A stretch of 64,000 nucleotides of DNA, taken from assembly GCA_052327205.1 (NCBI GenBank), contig CM126213.1, positions 120,156,001 to 120,220,000 of the forward strand, written 5' to 3'. This document shows, one piece after another, positions 1 through 13,233 of the stretch. The translations under genes were made by a program, and so were the position numbers. The notes below the pieces were generated by a model. The model searched no databases. It saw only the letters and a program-made list of their open reading frames with translations, and was not told the DNA's origin. Each line of letters opens with the position of its first letter. Positions within the stretch are counted from its first letter, which is position 1. The DNA is from Somniosus microcephalus. Lineage: Eukaryota.

Positions 1-72
1 ACTGTCCTTGTCAATCACATGTCCACAGTATGAGATTTCCTTTTTGAAAAACTCACACTTGTCTCGGTTCAC

Positions 73-2007
73 TCAGAGCCCATACTCCCATAACCTGATG
101 AGCACCTGTTCGAGGTTGGAAAGGTGGTCGTTGTCATTCTTGCCAGTAATGATGATGTCATCAAGATAACACTGAGTACCTGGGATCCCCTGCAGGACTT
201 GGTCCATTGCCCTTTGCCAGATTGCAGGAGCTGATGCCATTCCGAATACCAGCCAATTGTACTGGTAAAGGCCTTTGTGCGTATTTATTGTCAGGTACTT
301 CTTTGATGCATCATCAATTTCCATTTGGAGATAGGCCTGGGCCAAGTCAATCTTTGTGAAGCGTTCCCCTCTTGACAGGGAATCAAAGATGTCCTCAATG
401 CGAGGCAATGGGTACTGTACTGTGTGGAGGACTGGGTTAACAGTCACTTTAAAGTCTCCACAGATGCGCACTTTTCTTGGCTTTCCTGGTTTTGTGCTGG
501 AGGTTTTCTTCATCACTGGAACTATAGGTGTGGCCCATTCACTCCAATCCACCTTGGACAGGACCCCTAACTGCTCCAAGTTCTCCAGCTCTGCTTCTAC
601 TGAAGGGCGAATTGCATGAGGCACTGGTCTGGCCTTGTGGAACACTGGATTTGCGTTCTCCTCAATCTTAATTTTTGCTTTCATGCCCTTAAGTGTTCCT
701 ATTCCCTTCTTGAACACTTCCTGAGAGTCAGAGAGTATTTGTGACAGTCTCACAGGAGGGGCATTGCTGTCCTCCTTTGCTGACACAAACAGTGCTTGGA
801 TGGTGTGCCAATCCAACTGTATTTTCCTGAGCCATTCGCGTCCCAGCAATGGTGGTCCTCCATTTTCCTCTACATAGAGGTTCAATTGCGGTATTTTTTT
901 TTCTTTGTATGTCACTGTCACTTTTATTTTACCTTTGGGGCACACTCTTTGTCCTGTGTATGTCTTTAACAGTACTTTAGTTGGCCTTAGCGGTATGTGT
1001 GAAAACAGTCGTTTGTAGTCATGTACAGAGATCACTGTTAAAGCTGAGCCTGTGTCCAACTCCATTTTCAGCCTAACTCCTGCCATTTCTGGAGTAACCC
1101 ATATTATTCTGTGATCCCCTGTCTCTTTCACACTGTGTAGTTTTAGACAAGCCAGATCCTCTTCCTCTGAGTCTGTATCACTTTTTTCTTTATCTGAACC
1201 GTCTCCAGTCACGTAGAGTACCTTCTTGTATTTATCTTTGAAAGGTTTCTTGTTTTCAGTCACTTGATGTACCTTTTTGTTACTCTGTATTGTATCAGTT
1301 TTCGGCTTCTTATTTGCTTTGCAGACTCTTTCAATGTGCCCTCGTCTGCCACATTGTCTGCAGTCTTTGTATTTAAACCAACAGTCATTGTGGTCATGTG
1401 ACATTTTGCCACAGCGATGGCACTTCTTTTCTTGTTTCAGTGACATTTTATTAGTTGAATATTCCAGGGATTTTTGTTGAATTTCTAAAGCGCCACGTGC
1501 TGCTGCTTCCATTGATATTGCAATACTCAGAGCCTTCTCCAATGTGAGGTCTTTTTCAGACAGGAGCTTCTTTTGTGTGCTTTCACTTTGCATGCCACAC
1601 ACAAATCTGTCCCTCAATGCGTCTGATAAGCCCACTCCAAATTGGCAATGTTCTGATAATTTGCGCAACTTTGCCAAATATTCAGAAATGCTTTCATTTT
1701 TGCTCTGGTTCCGTTTATGGAATTTAAATCTTTCGGCTATGAGCAGTGGTTTGGGGCTTAAATGGTCTTGGAGTGTGTCCACTATTTGTTTGAATGTTTT
1801 GTTTGCTGGCTTTTCAGGGGTTAATAAACTACGTAGCAGCCCGTATGTCTTTGCGCCCATAACACTCAGCAAAACAGTGGCTTTCTTTTCTACCCCCACT
1901 CCGTTAGCCTCACAGTACAACTCCACTCTTTCAATGTAAGTTGCCCAGTCTTCAATGCTGCTATCAAATGCTGCAATCATGCCAATCATCGCCATTTTTT
2001 TTTCCAA
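73..2007 (-). pseudogene. Gypsy gag-pol polyprotein (gag, two CCHC-type knuckles, aspartic protease, RT), ending at a premature stop
   Basis: CHRCGKMSHDHNDC and CRQCGRRGHIERVC knuckles, LDTGS protease, WATPIVPV, RICGDFK, YLDDII; pol-like sequence continues past the TGA at 73-75. Confidence 0.9.
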
Positions 2008-2155
2008 ACCCGTTTTTCTTTCTTTACTAGTTAGCTAGCGTCCTGCAAGTCCTGTGCACTTTTCACTTGACTTACGTATCCCCTGCCTAGCTGAGCAAGC
2101 GTGCTCCATTTTCTCTACCTTCTCGCTCCTTTCTTCCAAATTTCGGTGTCCTCTG

Positions 2156-2339
2156 TGTTATGTTCATAAATAAATAGACGTTTTCATTATGAACAGCTAG
2201 CTTGCGCTAGTCATTTATTCAGCCATGCAGACTAGTGTACAGGCATCCATCTTGACTACTGCCTTGTGGGTAGCCCACTACTAAACATACAGCTCCACCT
2301 AGTGTACCATTTTAGAATGACATGTTACTGATCATTACA
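2156..2339 (-). repeat. 3' LTR of element 2
   Basis: Direct repeat of 11502-11685, about 8 substitutions by eye. Confidence 0.95.
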
Positions 2340-2553
2340 TCCCCCTTCCTTAGAGGTTAAACAAAATCAATATCAATCAATCATAATGACATAAGCATCT
2401 TCACAACAGTCAACACATTTTCAAAGCTTTACTTTATGAACTCTAAGCTTTTCATTATTTTATTATAGTTTTATTTATACTCAAAGATTAAGTCTATCAG
2501 GCTTTTTTACTTCATGTGTGGATCTTCTCAGCACAGGTAGGTCTGATGTGTTT

Positions 2554-5500
2554 TCATGAGAGCTTGTATGTGTTTGTGTTAGATTGTTCTGGTGGTGAGT
2601 GACAAGATTCAGTTGCAGCATTGTCATCGATTTGCTCTTGGATAGTTTCTTGTGTTTTCAGGAGGGAACGGCGGTTCCTCATGAGAATCTGTCCTTCCTC
2701 AGTCCTAACAGTGTATGACCTTGGTCCTACTTCCTCAAGAACTGTAGCTTTCCTGTTCCATGCATCTGGATCCTCAATCCTAACAACATCATCCCTTGTC
2801 AATGGTTTCAGAGTTTTGGATGACTTGTCATAGTGTGATTTCTGTTTCAGCTTTAACAGTTGAAGTCTCTGTCTCAGTTCCTTACTCTGCTTTTCTTTTG
2901 CACATCAGGGTAGCATTGTGCGCAACTTGCGACCCATTAGGAGTTCAGCAGGTGAAGAACCACAGTCTAAAGGGGAGGCTCGGTAGCTCAGCAGGGCGAG
3001 ATAAGGATCAGACTTGCTTTCTGTTGCTTTCTTCAGTAGCTGTTTGAGAACTTGAACACCTTTCTCTGCCTTACCATTCGACTGAGCATACAGAGGACTG
3101 GATGTGATGTGTTGAAAGTCATAATGTGCTGCAAACTGTTGCCACTCCTTACAGTTGAAGCACGGACCATTGTCGCTAACGGCAATCCTGGGAATTCCAT
3201 ATCTGGCGAAGATGGATTTAACATGCATTATGACACTGCTTGCTGTGGTGCTTGAGAGCAGTGCCATCTCAGGATAGTTAGAATAGTAGTCAATCACTAT
3301 TAGATAGTCTTTACCATTCAAATGAAAGAGGTCCATACCAACCTTTTGCCATGGTGCTGTTGGTAATTCAGCTTCTATCATTGGTTCCTTTGCTTGTTTG
3401 TTTTGGTGTTTCTGACATGTCTCACATATGCCTATCATGTTCTCAATTACCTTATTTATGCCAGGGCAATAAACAGTGTCTCTTGCTCTCCTTTTGCATT
3501 TTTCAATTCCAAGGTGTCCCTCATGAATCCTTTTGAGCATGTCTCGACGTAGAGCCTGTGGAATGACTATTCTGTTCTGTTTTAGTAATAGTCCACTTGC
3601 GACACTCAACTCTGACCTGATGTGATAGTACTTTGGACAGGAACCTTTTGGCCAACCATGATGAATGTTCTCTATTACTGTTTGTAACACTGTATCTTTT
3701 ACTGTTTCTTCTGCTATTTGCTTTGATTTTGTGTCTGACACGGGCAGCGCAGCAGTGACCATACTCACATGAACATTCACGTCTTCCTCAGTAGAGCTCA
3801 CATGACTCATTGTGGGTGCTCGGGATAGTGCATCTGCTAACACTATGTGTTTGCCTGGTGTGTAGATCAGTTCAAAGTCATATCTTTGCAGCTTCATCAT
3901 GAGTCATTGAATCCTTGGAGACATCTCATTCAGGTTTTTTTTTATGATGGCAACCAGTGGGCAGTGGTCTGTCGCAACTGTGAAGGTGGGAAGTCCATAT
4001 ATGTAGCCATGGAACTTTTCTAGTCCAACTACCAAGCCTAGACATTCCTTTTCAATCTGGGCGTATCGACACTCAGTATCAGTCATAGACCTGGAGGCAT
4101 AGGCAACAGGCTTCCAATCTTCACCCTCTGCTTGTAGCAAGACCGCGCCTAGGCCATCTTTTGATGCATCCGTTGATACTTTGATTCTCTTTGTTGGGTC
4201 AAAGAAGGTGAGTACAGGTGTGGTTGTCAGCACTGTTTTGAGGTTCATCCACTCTTGTTCATGTCTTTCTGTCCATGCGAACTCATTTGTTTTATGTAGC
4301 AGGTCTCGCAGACAGGCTGTCTTGGCTGACAAGTTAGGAATGAAGTTTATCATCCCCATGATGCGTAGCACTCCTTTTTTGTCAGTGGGTCGGGGCATGT
4401 TGAGTATGGCGTTTACTTTTTCCATATCTGGCTCTATTCCTTTACCAGATAGATTATCTCCTAGGAAAGTGACTTCCTGGATGCCAAACTGACACTTGGC
4501 TTTGTTGAGCTTCAGTCCATTCCGGCGTATGCTCTGTAGCACTTTAGTCAGTCTCTCATTGTGTTCTTTCAGTGTGGAGCCCCAGATGATGATGTCATCA
4601 ACATAGACCCGAACTCCTTCCAGACCTTCAATTATGTGTTCCATCGCTCTATGAAAGATTTCAGATGCAGATATTATCCCGAAAAGCATGTTGAGGAAAC
4701 AATACCTGCCAAATGGTGTGTTGAAGGTACAGTATTTGGTGCTCTCTTCATCCAGTTTTAGTTGCCAAAATCCTTGTGAGGCATCGAGCTTTGTGAAGTA
4801 TCTGACACCTGACATTTCACTGGTGATTTCTTCTCGCTTGGGAATCTGGTAGTGTTCATGTTTTATGTTTGCATTTAAGTCCTTTGGATCCATGCATACT
4901 CTTCGATCATTGTTCTTTTTCTTTACACATACCATGGAGTTAACCCAGTCTGTTGGCTCTTCGACTTTCCTGATGACTCCTAGTGTGGTCATTCTGTCCA
5001 GTTCTTTCTTGAGCCGGTCACGCCGGGGTGCTGGAACTCTCCGTGGAGCATGTACCACTGGCTGAGCATCCTCCTTTAGCTGGATCTTGTAAGTGAATGG
5101 TAGAACTCCAAATCCTTTGAACACATCCTAGAAATTACTCACTACAGAATCCACCGAGTCATCTGGTCTGCTTATGGCACAGTTTATACGGTAGACTCTC
5201 TTGACCAGTTCTAAGTCCTCACAAGCTTTGTCACCTAGTAGTGAATCAAGTCCTTCAGCCACAACAGAAAACATGAGATGATGCACTTTGTCTTTGACTT
5301 TCACTTTAAGTGTGCATACGCCTAAGCTATCTATTTTCTGTCCATTATAGTCCTTCAGTAGTACTGACTTTTTCTGTATTTTGGGCTTTTCTTTCATATT
5401 TTTAATGTCACTCATACTGATTAAGTTTGCTTTTGCCCCAGTGTCTAGTTTCAATGTAACTAATGCTCCATTTACCTGCAGTGGCATCATCCATTTGTCC

Positions 5501-5589
5501 TCTTTTACTGCATTAACTTTATGTTCAGCATTGTCCATTCCTGAGGGCTGCACATTTTCTGTATCCTTTTCTATATTGTCACATGACAC
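2554..5589 (-). pseudogene. Element 2 pol (protease, RT, RNase H, integrase), broken by stops/frameshift
   Basis: ORFs 5128-5601 (LDTGA), 3904-5124 (YVDDII, TDASKDGLG, YAQIEKE), 2905-3900 (HHCC: HEGHLG..CETC; SDNGP; SNGKAE), 2554-2802 (GPRSY C-terminal). Confidence 0.92.
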
Positions 5590-6279
5590 TGTACTGGCCA
5601 CGCTAGACGTGCTCCTATCTAGCTATCCAGCAAGTTAAACACTCATTCATAATAATTCTTCGTGAAGCGGTTGCTGTTTGAAGCTTTTACTTGAACGAAT
5701 TTGTGAAACTGTAAACAAAGACAAAGTATGTTTTGTACATAAACTGAGTACTACACATTCGATATTACACAAGATATAAACATATTTACAACAGTAGAAT
5801 AGACTAATTGTATAACTAACTAACATTTGTAACTAACTTCTGTAACTATTAAATATTAACCTTTTATAAACATAGTATTATCAAAATATTACTCTGACAA
5901 CATTGCTATTATGCTAAGAACTAAAGATACTCACAGGTATTGCGTTTGGCCTAACATATGAAGTCAGATTACACTGGATTGAAAATCCCTCATGGACTTC
6001 TCCATTACTCAAGTCAGGTTCTTCCTGGTAAAACTGCTTCCTGGGGTCAACAGGAAGAAAGGTAGGAAGGTCAAATGACCTCTCACAGGAAGAAAGGAAC
6101 AAAGGTCAAATGACCTCACACAGGAAGAAAGGAACAAAGGTCAAATGACCACACACAGGAAGAAAGGTCAGATGACCTTTCCAGCATACAAACTATTAAC
6201 ACAATAACCGCCACCAGAGGGTGCTATCTGCACACATAAAATTTTCAGAATGTGACATAATGTCCATCGGTCCAGAACA
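5590..6279 (-). repeat. 3' LTR of element 3, with internal ~35-bp tandem repeats (6068-6178)
   Basis: Direct repeat of 9922-10611, about 9 substitutions by eye. Confidence 0.95.
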
Positions 6280-6296
6280 CTCCCCGTCTGGGGTCA

Positions 6297-9200
6297 TTAA
6301 CGACTCCACATAGTCCGAACTCTACTTGTCACTGGAGTCCTCTGGCGACAAAAGAAGAACCACCTCAGAGACGGTCTGTCGATGTCGATGATAGGATGCA
6401 GCTTCCGTAGACTGCTGTGAGGGGGTAGGTTGTGTTCTGCTACGCACAGTTCCAACCTGGGTATGGTGAGGTCTGGCTGGGGTGCCAACTTGCCTCTATC
6501 AAAGACGAAGCCGATTTTGCTTTGTCCTTCTTGAGTGGTGACCTTCAGATAAGCCACACTTGCAATGGCCTTAGCGGATGCGTCTGCAAAGACACAAAGC
6601 TCTTTGAATTGGGCATTTAAGGGAGAGAAAGACGAATAACAGCGAGGTATTCAGATCTCCTGTAAGTCTTGGAGTGAGTCTCTCCATCTGTCCCACTCTG
6701 CTTCCATCTCTTCAGGGAGAGGTGAATCCCACTCTTCAGCGTGTGTGGAGAGTTCCCTGAGGAGCAGCCTGCCTTGTATGGTGACAGGGGCTAAGAAGCC
6801 AAGAGGGTCGTATAGGCTGTTGACTGTAGAGAGCACTCCTCTACGTGTGAAGGGTTTCTTGGCGTCTAGGACTTGGAACGTGAACGTGTCTGTTGCTATG
6901 TTCCACGACACCCCTAGGCTACGCTGTAGGGGGAGGTCATCAGTGAAGAGGTCTAGGTCCTTGACGTCCTTAGCACGATCTTCAGGGGGGAATGCCTCCA
7001 TCACTGCTGGTCTGTTGGAGGCTATCTTATGCAGCCTGAGGTTGGATAGTGCAAGTAGTTTTTGGGCTCGTCCGAGGGTACTGATGGCCTCTGCTTCGGT
7101 CGGGAATGACTTCAGTGCGTCGTCGACGTAGAACTCTCGTTCGATGAACCCTCTCACATCACTGCCAAAGTCGTCGTCTTCTTCCTTGGCAGCCCTCCTT
7201 AGTCCGTATATGGCGACAGCAGGGGATGGGCTATTCCCAAAGACATGGACACGCATTCTGTAGTCCACACTGTCTCTATTAGGGTCATTATCCCGATACC
7301 ACAGGAAGCGGAGGAAGTCTCTGTGGTCTTCTCTCACCACGGAGCAATGAAACATGTGCTGGATATCGGCAGTGATGGCGACGGGCTCTTTCCTGAATCT
7401 CATGAGCACTCCCAAGAGGCTGTTGTTAAGATCAGGCCCTGTGAGGAGTACGTCGTTGAGAGAGATGCCCTGATATGGTGCACTGGAGTCAAACACCACG
7501 CGGATCTGTCCACTGCATGGGGTAAGGTAGCTTGGACGACCATTCTCCAAGATGGAAGTCTTGAGCGTGCTCACCTGAGATGGCTTGTGAGCGCCCTCGA
7601 AGCACACATCTCCAACAACGACCCAGCCGAGGTCTAGCCTTTGGGCGAAAGGGGCGTCATGTGGACCGTTGATCTGCTCCCTTATCTTATGTACCCTCAG
7701 GATGTCTCTTCCCAACAACAGAAGTATGCTTGCATCTGGGTCAAGAGGTGGGATCTCGTCTGCAATGCGTCTCAGATGACGGTGATGACGAGCTGCATTC
7801 GGAATGGGAATCTCGGAACGGTTGCCGGGGACTTGATTACATTCGATGAGTGTAGGAAGGGGGAGACTAATTTTCCCGTCAACTGACTCAACAACGTAAC
7901 CGCAGGCCCTCCTGCCGGCTGTCTCTGAAAGTCCAGCACACGTCTTCGGTGTGTAAGGCAACGGACTTCCTTTGATCTTGAAGATGTTGAAGAACTCGGA
8001 TCTTGCTAGAGAACGATTGCTTTGTTCATCTAGTATGGCATACATCTTTTCAGATTCCTGGCGACATCCTGCAGGGTACACATTAACGAGGCATATCTTG
8101 GAGCATGCTCTTGCGCTCACTCCTTCTCCACACACCTCGGTGCACCTGGATGTAATCTCCGTACCAACAGCTCCCTCTCTCTCCCCGCTGTGCTCTGATG
8201 CGGGAGGAGGCGTTTCTGACTTCCAAGGAGCTGGGCCTGGGTGTAGTGCTGAAACGTGCCGATCACTTTCACATTCGCTGCATTTTGCATCCACCTTGCT
8301 GTTCTTGGCGAGATGGCTCGTGGACGAGCAGCACCTGAAACATATAGAGTTCTCTTTAAGATATTGTTTCCGATCTTCCAGGGACATCTCCCTGAAGCCT
8401 CTGCACTTCTTTAAAGGATGGGGCTTGTTGTGGATAGGGCATTGTTTGCTCATATCCTCAGGTTTCTTCTGAATCTTTGTGTGCTCAGTTGAGGACACTT
8501 GCATTCTGTGGACAGATATTGGTGTCTTTCCATGTCTGTCGAACTTGTCTCTTCTGGCAAGTGCTGGTTGGGAGGAGAAGAAGTTGAAGCTGGGGTCGTT
8601 CCTGGCTTTGGCTTCTTTACGGATGAATTTAACGAATGCAGAGAATGGTGGGAACGCCGCATTGTGCTTTAGCTTGAACTTTGATCCAAACGTTATCCAC
8701 TTCTCCTGCAGGTTAAATGGATGCTTCTCAATGATGGGACTTACCCCTCTGGAAGTGTCTAAGTACGATAGACTGGGTAGGTAGCCATCCTGCTTTGCGG
8801 CTTCGAGTTCCGACAGCAGATCTCCAAGGTCGCGGAGCTTCTGGGGTTCCTTACTCGTCAACCTCGGAAAGTTCGCCAACCTGCCAAAGAGAGCCCTTTC
8901 AATGGCTTCGGGTGAGCCGTAGCTTTCTTCCAGCCTCACCCAAGCCTTCTTCAACCCCTCTGGCAGCTGCCCCACATTGGCCGCTTTTATCCTGCAGGCC
9001 TGTCCGGCGGACTCTGGGCCGAGCCACTTGATAAGGAGGCCGAGCTCTTCTCCTGCCGACAGGTCTAAGCCCGATATGGCATCGTGGAAGCAGGACTTCC
9101 AAGCCCGATAATTCTCTGGCCTGTCATCAAACTTGATTAACCCCGAAGTCACCAGCTGGGTGCGTGCAAGGTATTTGGCGAGGTCATAGGTGCTGGGACC

Positions 9201-9798
9201 TGGGCCAGGGTTGCCTTGGCTGGGAGCTCTGTTGGGGGTCTCAAGGGACCGAGAGGGGATTTGTCTCCGACTTTCTCTATTCGGCGTCCTATTCCTTTGC
9301 ACCATGTCTTCCGTTCTGCTGGCGGAGACTCTGCGGCTTGAAGCACGCCGTCTGCTTTGACCTTGGTTGGCAACTTGTGTCTCGGCTAATGCAGCATCTA
9401 TCTCTTTTTATTGCTGCAGAGCCTCTAATGTGGCTTGGAGACGGGCCTGTTCAGCCTGGCGTTCCACCTGGCCTGTTCGCTTGGAATTCAGCTTGGAGTC
9501 GGGCCTGTTCTGCTTGGAGCCGGGCCTGTTCTGCTTGGTGTTCAGCTTGGAGACGGGCCTGACTTACTTTTATTTCTATTTCACTGTCCGTATGCGCAGC
9601 TCTGGCGTGAGCTGCTACTAGTTTAGCAGGTGCTTTGGCGAGGGCTATGCTTACTCTAGAACCACCCGATGACCGTGAGCCAACTTGCGACCTGTAGTAA
9701 CCGGTGCTTATAGACCGATTGTCATGTTCTACAGTTTCGTCTGCCTGTTTAGGGTCTTCTACTTGCTGCAAAGCATTTTTGTTATTATCTTCTGACAT
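6297..9798 (-). pseudogene. BEL/Pao gag-pol remnant (gag with Cys/His knuckles, protease, RT, partial RNase H; most of integrase deleted)
   Basis: ORF 6651-9305: CPIHNKPHPLKKC, CFRCCSSTSH, ILDEQSNRS, VVFDSSA, DIQHMFH, HVFGNSPSP, FYVDD, LYDPLGF; ORF 6297-6557 TIPRLELC; gag N-terminus 9451-9798. Confidence 0.9.
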
Positions 9799-9921
9799 GT
9801 TGATGTGAGGTAGATGTGCTCTACGAGGCTAAGGCTTACTCTGGGCTCCTCCTGCTCCGCTCTTCACAGCTAGCCGTATTGCTATCTTTTCACTGATATC
9901 TTTTCACTGATATCTTTTCAC

Positions 9922-10611
9922 TGTACTGGCCGCGCTAGACGTGCTCCTATCTAGCTATCCAGCAAGTTAAACACTCATTCATAATAATTCTTCGTGAAGC
10001 AGTTGCTGTTTGAAGCTTTTACTTGAACGAATTTGTGAAACTGTAAACAAAGACAAAGTATGTTTTGTACATAAACTGAGTACTACACATTCAATATTAC
10101 ACAAGATATAAACATATTTACAACAGTAGAATAGACTAATTGTATTACTAACTAACATTTGTAACTAACTTCTGTAACTATTAAATATTAACCTTTTATA
10201 AACATAGTATTATCAAAATATTACTCTGACAACATTGCTATTATGCTAAGAACTAAAGATACTCACAGATATTGCGTTTGGCCTAACATATGAAGTCAGA
10301 TTACACTGGATTGAAAATCCCTCATGGAATTCTCCATTACTCAAGTCAGGTTCTTCCTGGTAAAACTGCTTCCTGGGGTCAACAGGAAGAAAGGTAGGAA
10401 GGTCAAATGACCTCTCACAGGAAGAAAGGAACAAAGGTCAAATGACCTCACACAGGAAGAAAGGAACAAAGGTCAAATGACCTCACACAGGAAGAAAGGT
10501 CAGATGACCTTTCCAGCATACAAACTGTTAACACAATAACCGCCACCAGAGGGTGCTATCTGCACACATAAAATGTTCAGAATGTCACATAATGTCCATC
10601 GGTCCAGAACA
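9922..10611 (-). repeat. 5' LTR of element 3
   Basis: Direct repeat of 5590-6279. Confidence 0.95.
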
Positions 10612-10616
10612 GACAC

Positions 10617-11456
10617 CATTCCTACAAAAAATGTCTCACTTAAATCAGTGTCCTCAATCACATTGACTTGTTGCCCTTTCTTTGTTTTTACTTTTGAAAA
10701 GCATTATTTGGCAAAGTGATTATTTCCATTACATTTTATGCACATTTTCCCAAATGCTGGGCATTGTCTTGACTGGTGCTGGTAACCACAGCATTTACAA
10801 TTAAAAGTTCCATCCTCCGATTGCTTTGCATTTCTGTTCTGCCCACGTTTCTTCCCTTTGTAGGACACAGCACCGACAGCAGCACTGTCATTCACTACAG
10901 TCGCATTATTATTAATTTCACTGAAAGTCTTTGCGTGCTGTTGAGCTAGCTCACTGGCATGGCATATTTTCACAGCATCCTCCAATGTTAGTTCGGTTTC
11001 TCTCAACAAACGTTCCCTGACTTTTTTATCATGAATACCAAACACAATCTGGTCACGAATCATGGATGATTTCAATTCAGAGAAATTACATGTCTGTGCT
11101 TTCAGTTTCAGATCAGTCACAAAGCTATCAAAAGTCTCATTTTGCTGCTGTGTCCGTGAACGGAACACGTACCTCTCATAGGTCTCGTTCTTTTTGGGAG
11201 AACAATGTGTATCAAACTTCTTTAGCACGACGTCCATCTTTTCTCTGTCCTCCTCTTGATCAAATACAAATGTATTAAATACCTCTATCACCTGCGGGCC
11301 TGCAACCGTGAGCAGTAACGCTATTTTCCTTGCATCTGGCATCGTACCGAACCCGATGGCGGCAATGTAGAGTTCAAATTGTTGTTTGAAAGTCCGCCAA
11401 TTGCAGTCGACATTCCCCGTGAGTTTCAAACCCTCTGGTGGCTTCAAATTCCCTAT
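10617..11456 (-). pseudogene. Element 2 gag
   Basis: ORF 10704-11447 (NWRTFKQQF, ERYVFRSR, IRDQIVFG, CPAFGKMCIKCNGNNHFAK); premature stop; sequence resumes across element 3 into the protease region. Confidence 0.88.
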
Positions 11457-11501
11457 GTCGCGTCTCGCAATATTCAGCAGATATTACCAATCCTGGTACC
11501 A

Positions 11502-11685
11502 TGTTATGTTCATAAATAAATAGACGTTTTCATTATGAACAGTTAGCTTGAGCTAGTCATTTATTCAGCCATGTGGACTACTGTACAGGCATCCATCTTG
11601 ACTACTGCCTTGTGGGTAGCACACTACTAAACATACAGTTCCACCTAGTGTACCATTCTAGAATGACATGTTACTGATCATTACA
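11502..11685 (-). repeat. 5' LTR of element 2
   Basis: Direct repeat of 2156-2339, adjacent PBS. Confidence 0.95.
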
Positions 11686-11741
11686 CTCTGGATGCAATGC
11701 CAGAATAGGAAGACGTAGGTTCATAATTCTCATCGCCAATT

Positions 11742-11940
11742 TGTTGTGTTTGTACCGCTATACACAACTACATAAAATAATAAAGCAGCAGAGACTGAGA
11801 GTAACTTCAAGTGATCTTTACTTGTTAACTGGAACTTCGGCACTGACTATACAAATCGATACGTGTCTGTTATATACACTTGCAACTAAGAATGTACATC
11901 CGCAAAACAAAGTAGTCCCTTCAATGTTGTATACATTACA
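11742..11940 (-). repeat. 5' LTR of element 1
   Basis: TG..CA termini, adjacent PBS-like TGGCGATGAG; partner LTR outside the window. Confidence 0.75.
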
Positions 11941-12269
11941 AGGGGCATGGATAGGGTAGATAAAAGGAACTTTTCCCCTTAGTAGAGGGGTCAATAACCT
12001 GGGGGCATAGTTTCAAGGTAAGGGGCAGGAGGTATAGAGGGGATTTGAGGAAAAACTTTTTCACCCAGAGGGTGGTTGGAATCTGGAACTCACTGCCTGA
12101 AAGCGTGGTAGAGGCAGGAACCCTCACAACATTCAAGAAGCATTTAGATGAGCACTTGAAATGCCATAGCATATAAGGCTATGGATCAAGTGCTGGAAAA
12201 TGGGATTACAATAGACAGGGCTTGATGTCCGGTGTGGACACGATGGGCCAAGGGCCTCTTTCTGTGTTG
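11941..12269 (+). mobile_element. CR1 LINE 3' fragment; target of element 4 and abutting the LTR of element 1 (tail resumes at 21479)
   Basis: FFTQRVVGIWNSLP-coding motif and CR1-type 3' tail gatgggcc..ctgtgttg|tataactcta. Confidence 0.85.
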
Positions 12270-13233
12270 TGTAAGGGGGGCATCTTTTAACTGGTTTATG
12301 GTAATTCACCTGGCCAGCAGCCTTTTGCTGCTGCACTCTAAACCAATTTACAAACAACGGTTTCGAATCGCTACCCCTCCTTCAGTTCTGAGTGGAGGAA
12401 CTTATAATTAATGATATTAAAACGGACAAGTGGTTTGGATGAGAGAAAAATCAAGTTTTATTACCTAAATAAACTACAATCAAAAGAATAAACTATGCCA
12501 CACGAACACAGTAATTACAGTAAAACTATATAACAGGGGGTTGCAGACAGCGAAAACGAGGGATGAAATGACTACAATGTTATTTAAACAATCTTAGCAA
12601 TTCCCTTAAATCACCACCCCAAACTCCTGCTAGGTTGCCTTGTTGAGGAGTCAGAACACCCTGCTCACCTGTGGTCCAGCGAAGTAAAAAGAGAGAGATA
12701 GCTTCTCAGCAGCTATCTTTTATACCTGGTGAGGTCCTGCTGTTCTGCCCTGCAAGGGCTGTGTGCAAAATTCCCCACCCAAAGGGTCCAATACACAAGA
12801 GAAAGCTGTGATTGGCTAACTCAGAGTGGTTGGACTGGGTTAATGTGTCTTCCGAAGCTCCCTGGGCTGAAACAAAAGGGAAATACAACTGCTCTATTGT
12901 CCAGAATGGTAGGTGATTTAGGCCCATTCAGTTCTTAAACGGTTCCCATTCAAGATACAAAAGTCTCTTCTGCAGTTTAGTGTATCCACTCGATATACAA
13001 ACAAATGCTAATAGCATTTGATTGCTTTGTAAACAAAGCATTGTCCTGTGGCAACGTTTTGTCTCCATTGAACCTTACTTCCAGACACAGAAAGCGGCCT
13101 CCAAGCCCCTTTGTCTTCGGCCATGTGGTGCGACAGCCATTTTTATCCCTGGAAATTTAAAAGCACAACGCCCAGGGATTCTTTAATCAAAAAAATTAAT
13201 CTTCAGAACTGTAAATTATTGCGAATTCTTACA
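12270..13233 (-). repeat. 3' LTR of element 4
   Basis: Direct repeat of 20515-21478, about 8 substitutions by eye. Confidence 0.95.

Larger units (their letters stand above)
5590..10611 (-). mobile_element. BEL/Pao LTR retrotransposon (element 3), internally deleted, nested between gag and protease of element 2
   Basis: 690-bp TG..CA LTRs at 5590-6279 and 9922-10611; 5-bp TSD GACAC (5585-5589, 10612-10616); PPT CAGACGGGGAG; BEL-type ORFs. Confidence 0.95.
2156..11685 (-). mobile_element. Ty3/Gypsy LTR retrotransposon (element 2) nested in the leader of element 1
   Basis: 184-bp TG..CA LTRs at 2156-2339 and 11502-11685; 5-bp TSD CTCTG (2151-2155, 11686-11690); PBS TGGTACCAGGA (tRNA-Leu-like); polypurine tract AGGAAGGGGGA next to the 3' LTR. 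Confidence 0.95.
1..11940 (-). mobile_element. Ty3/Gypsy LTR retrotransposon (element 1, outermost of nest 1); 3' part runs off the window
   Basis: 5' LTR 11742-11940 (minus strand TGTAATG...CACAACA) followed by a PBS-like TGGCGATGAG; 5' leader split by element 2 at a CTCTG duplication; gag-pro-RT ORF at 73-2007. Confidence 0.9.

Noticed and set aside
6068-6178. Estrogen response elements
   Set aside because: Half-site spacing is 2 nt, not the 3 nt of a canonical ERE
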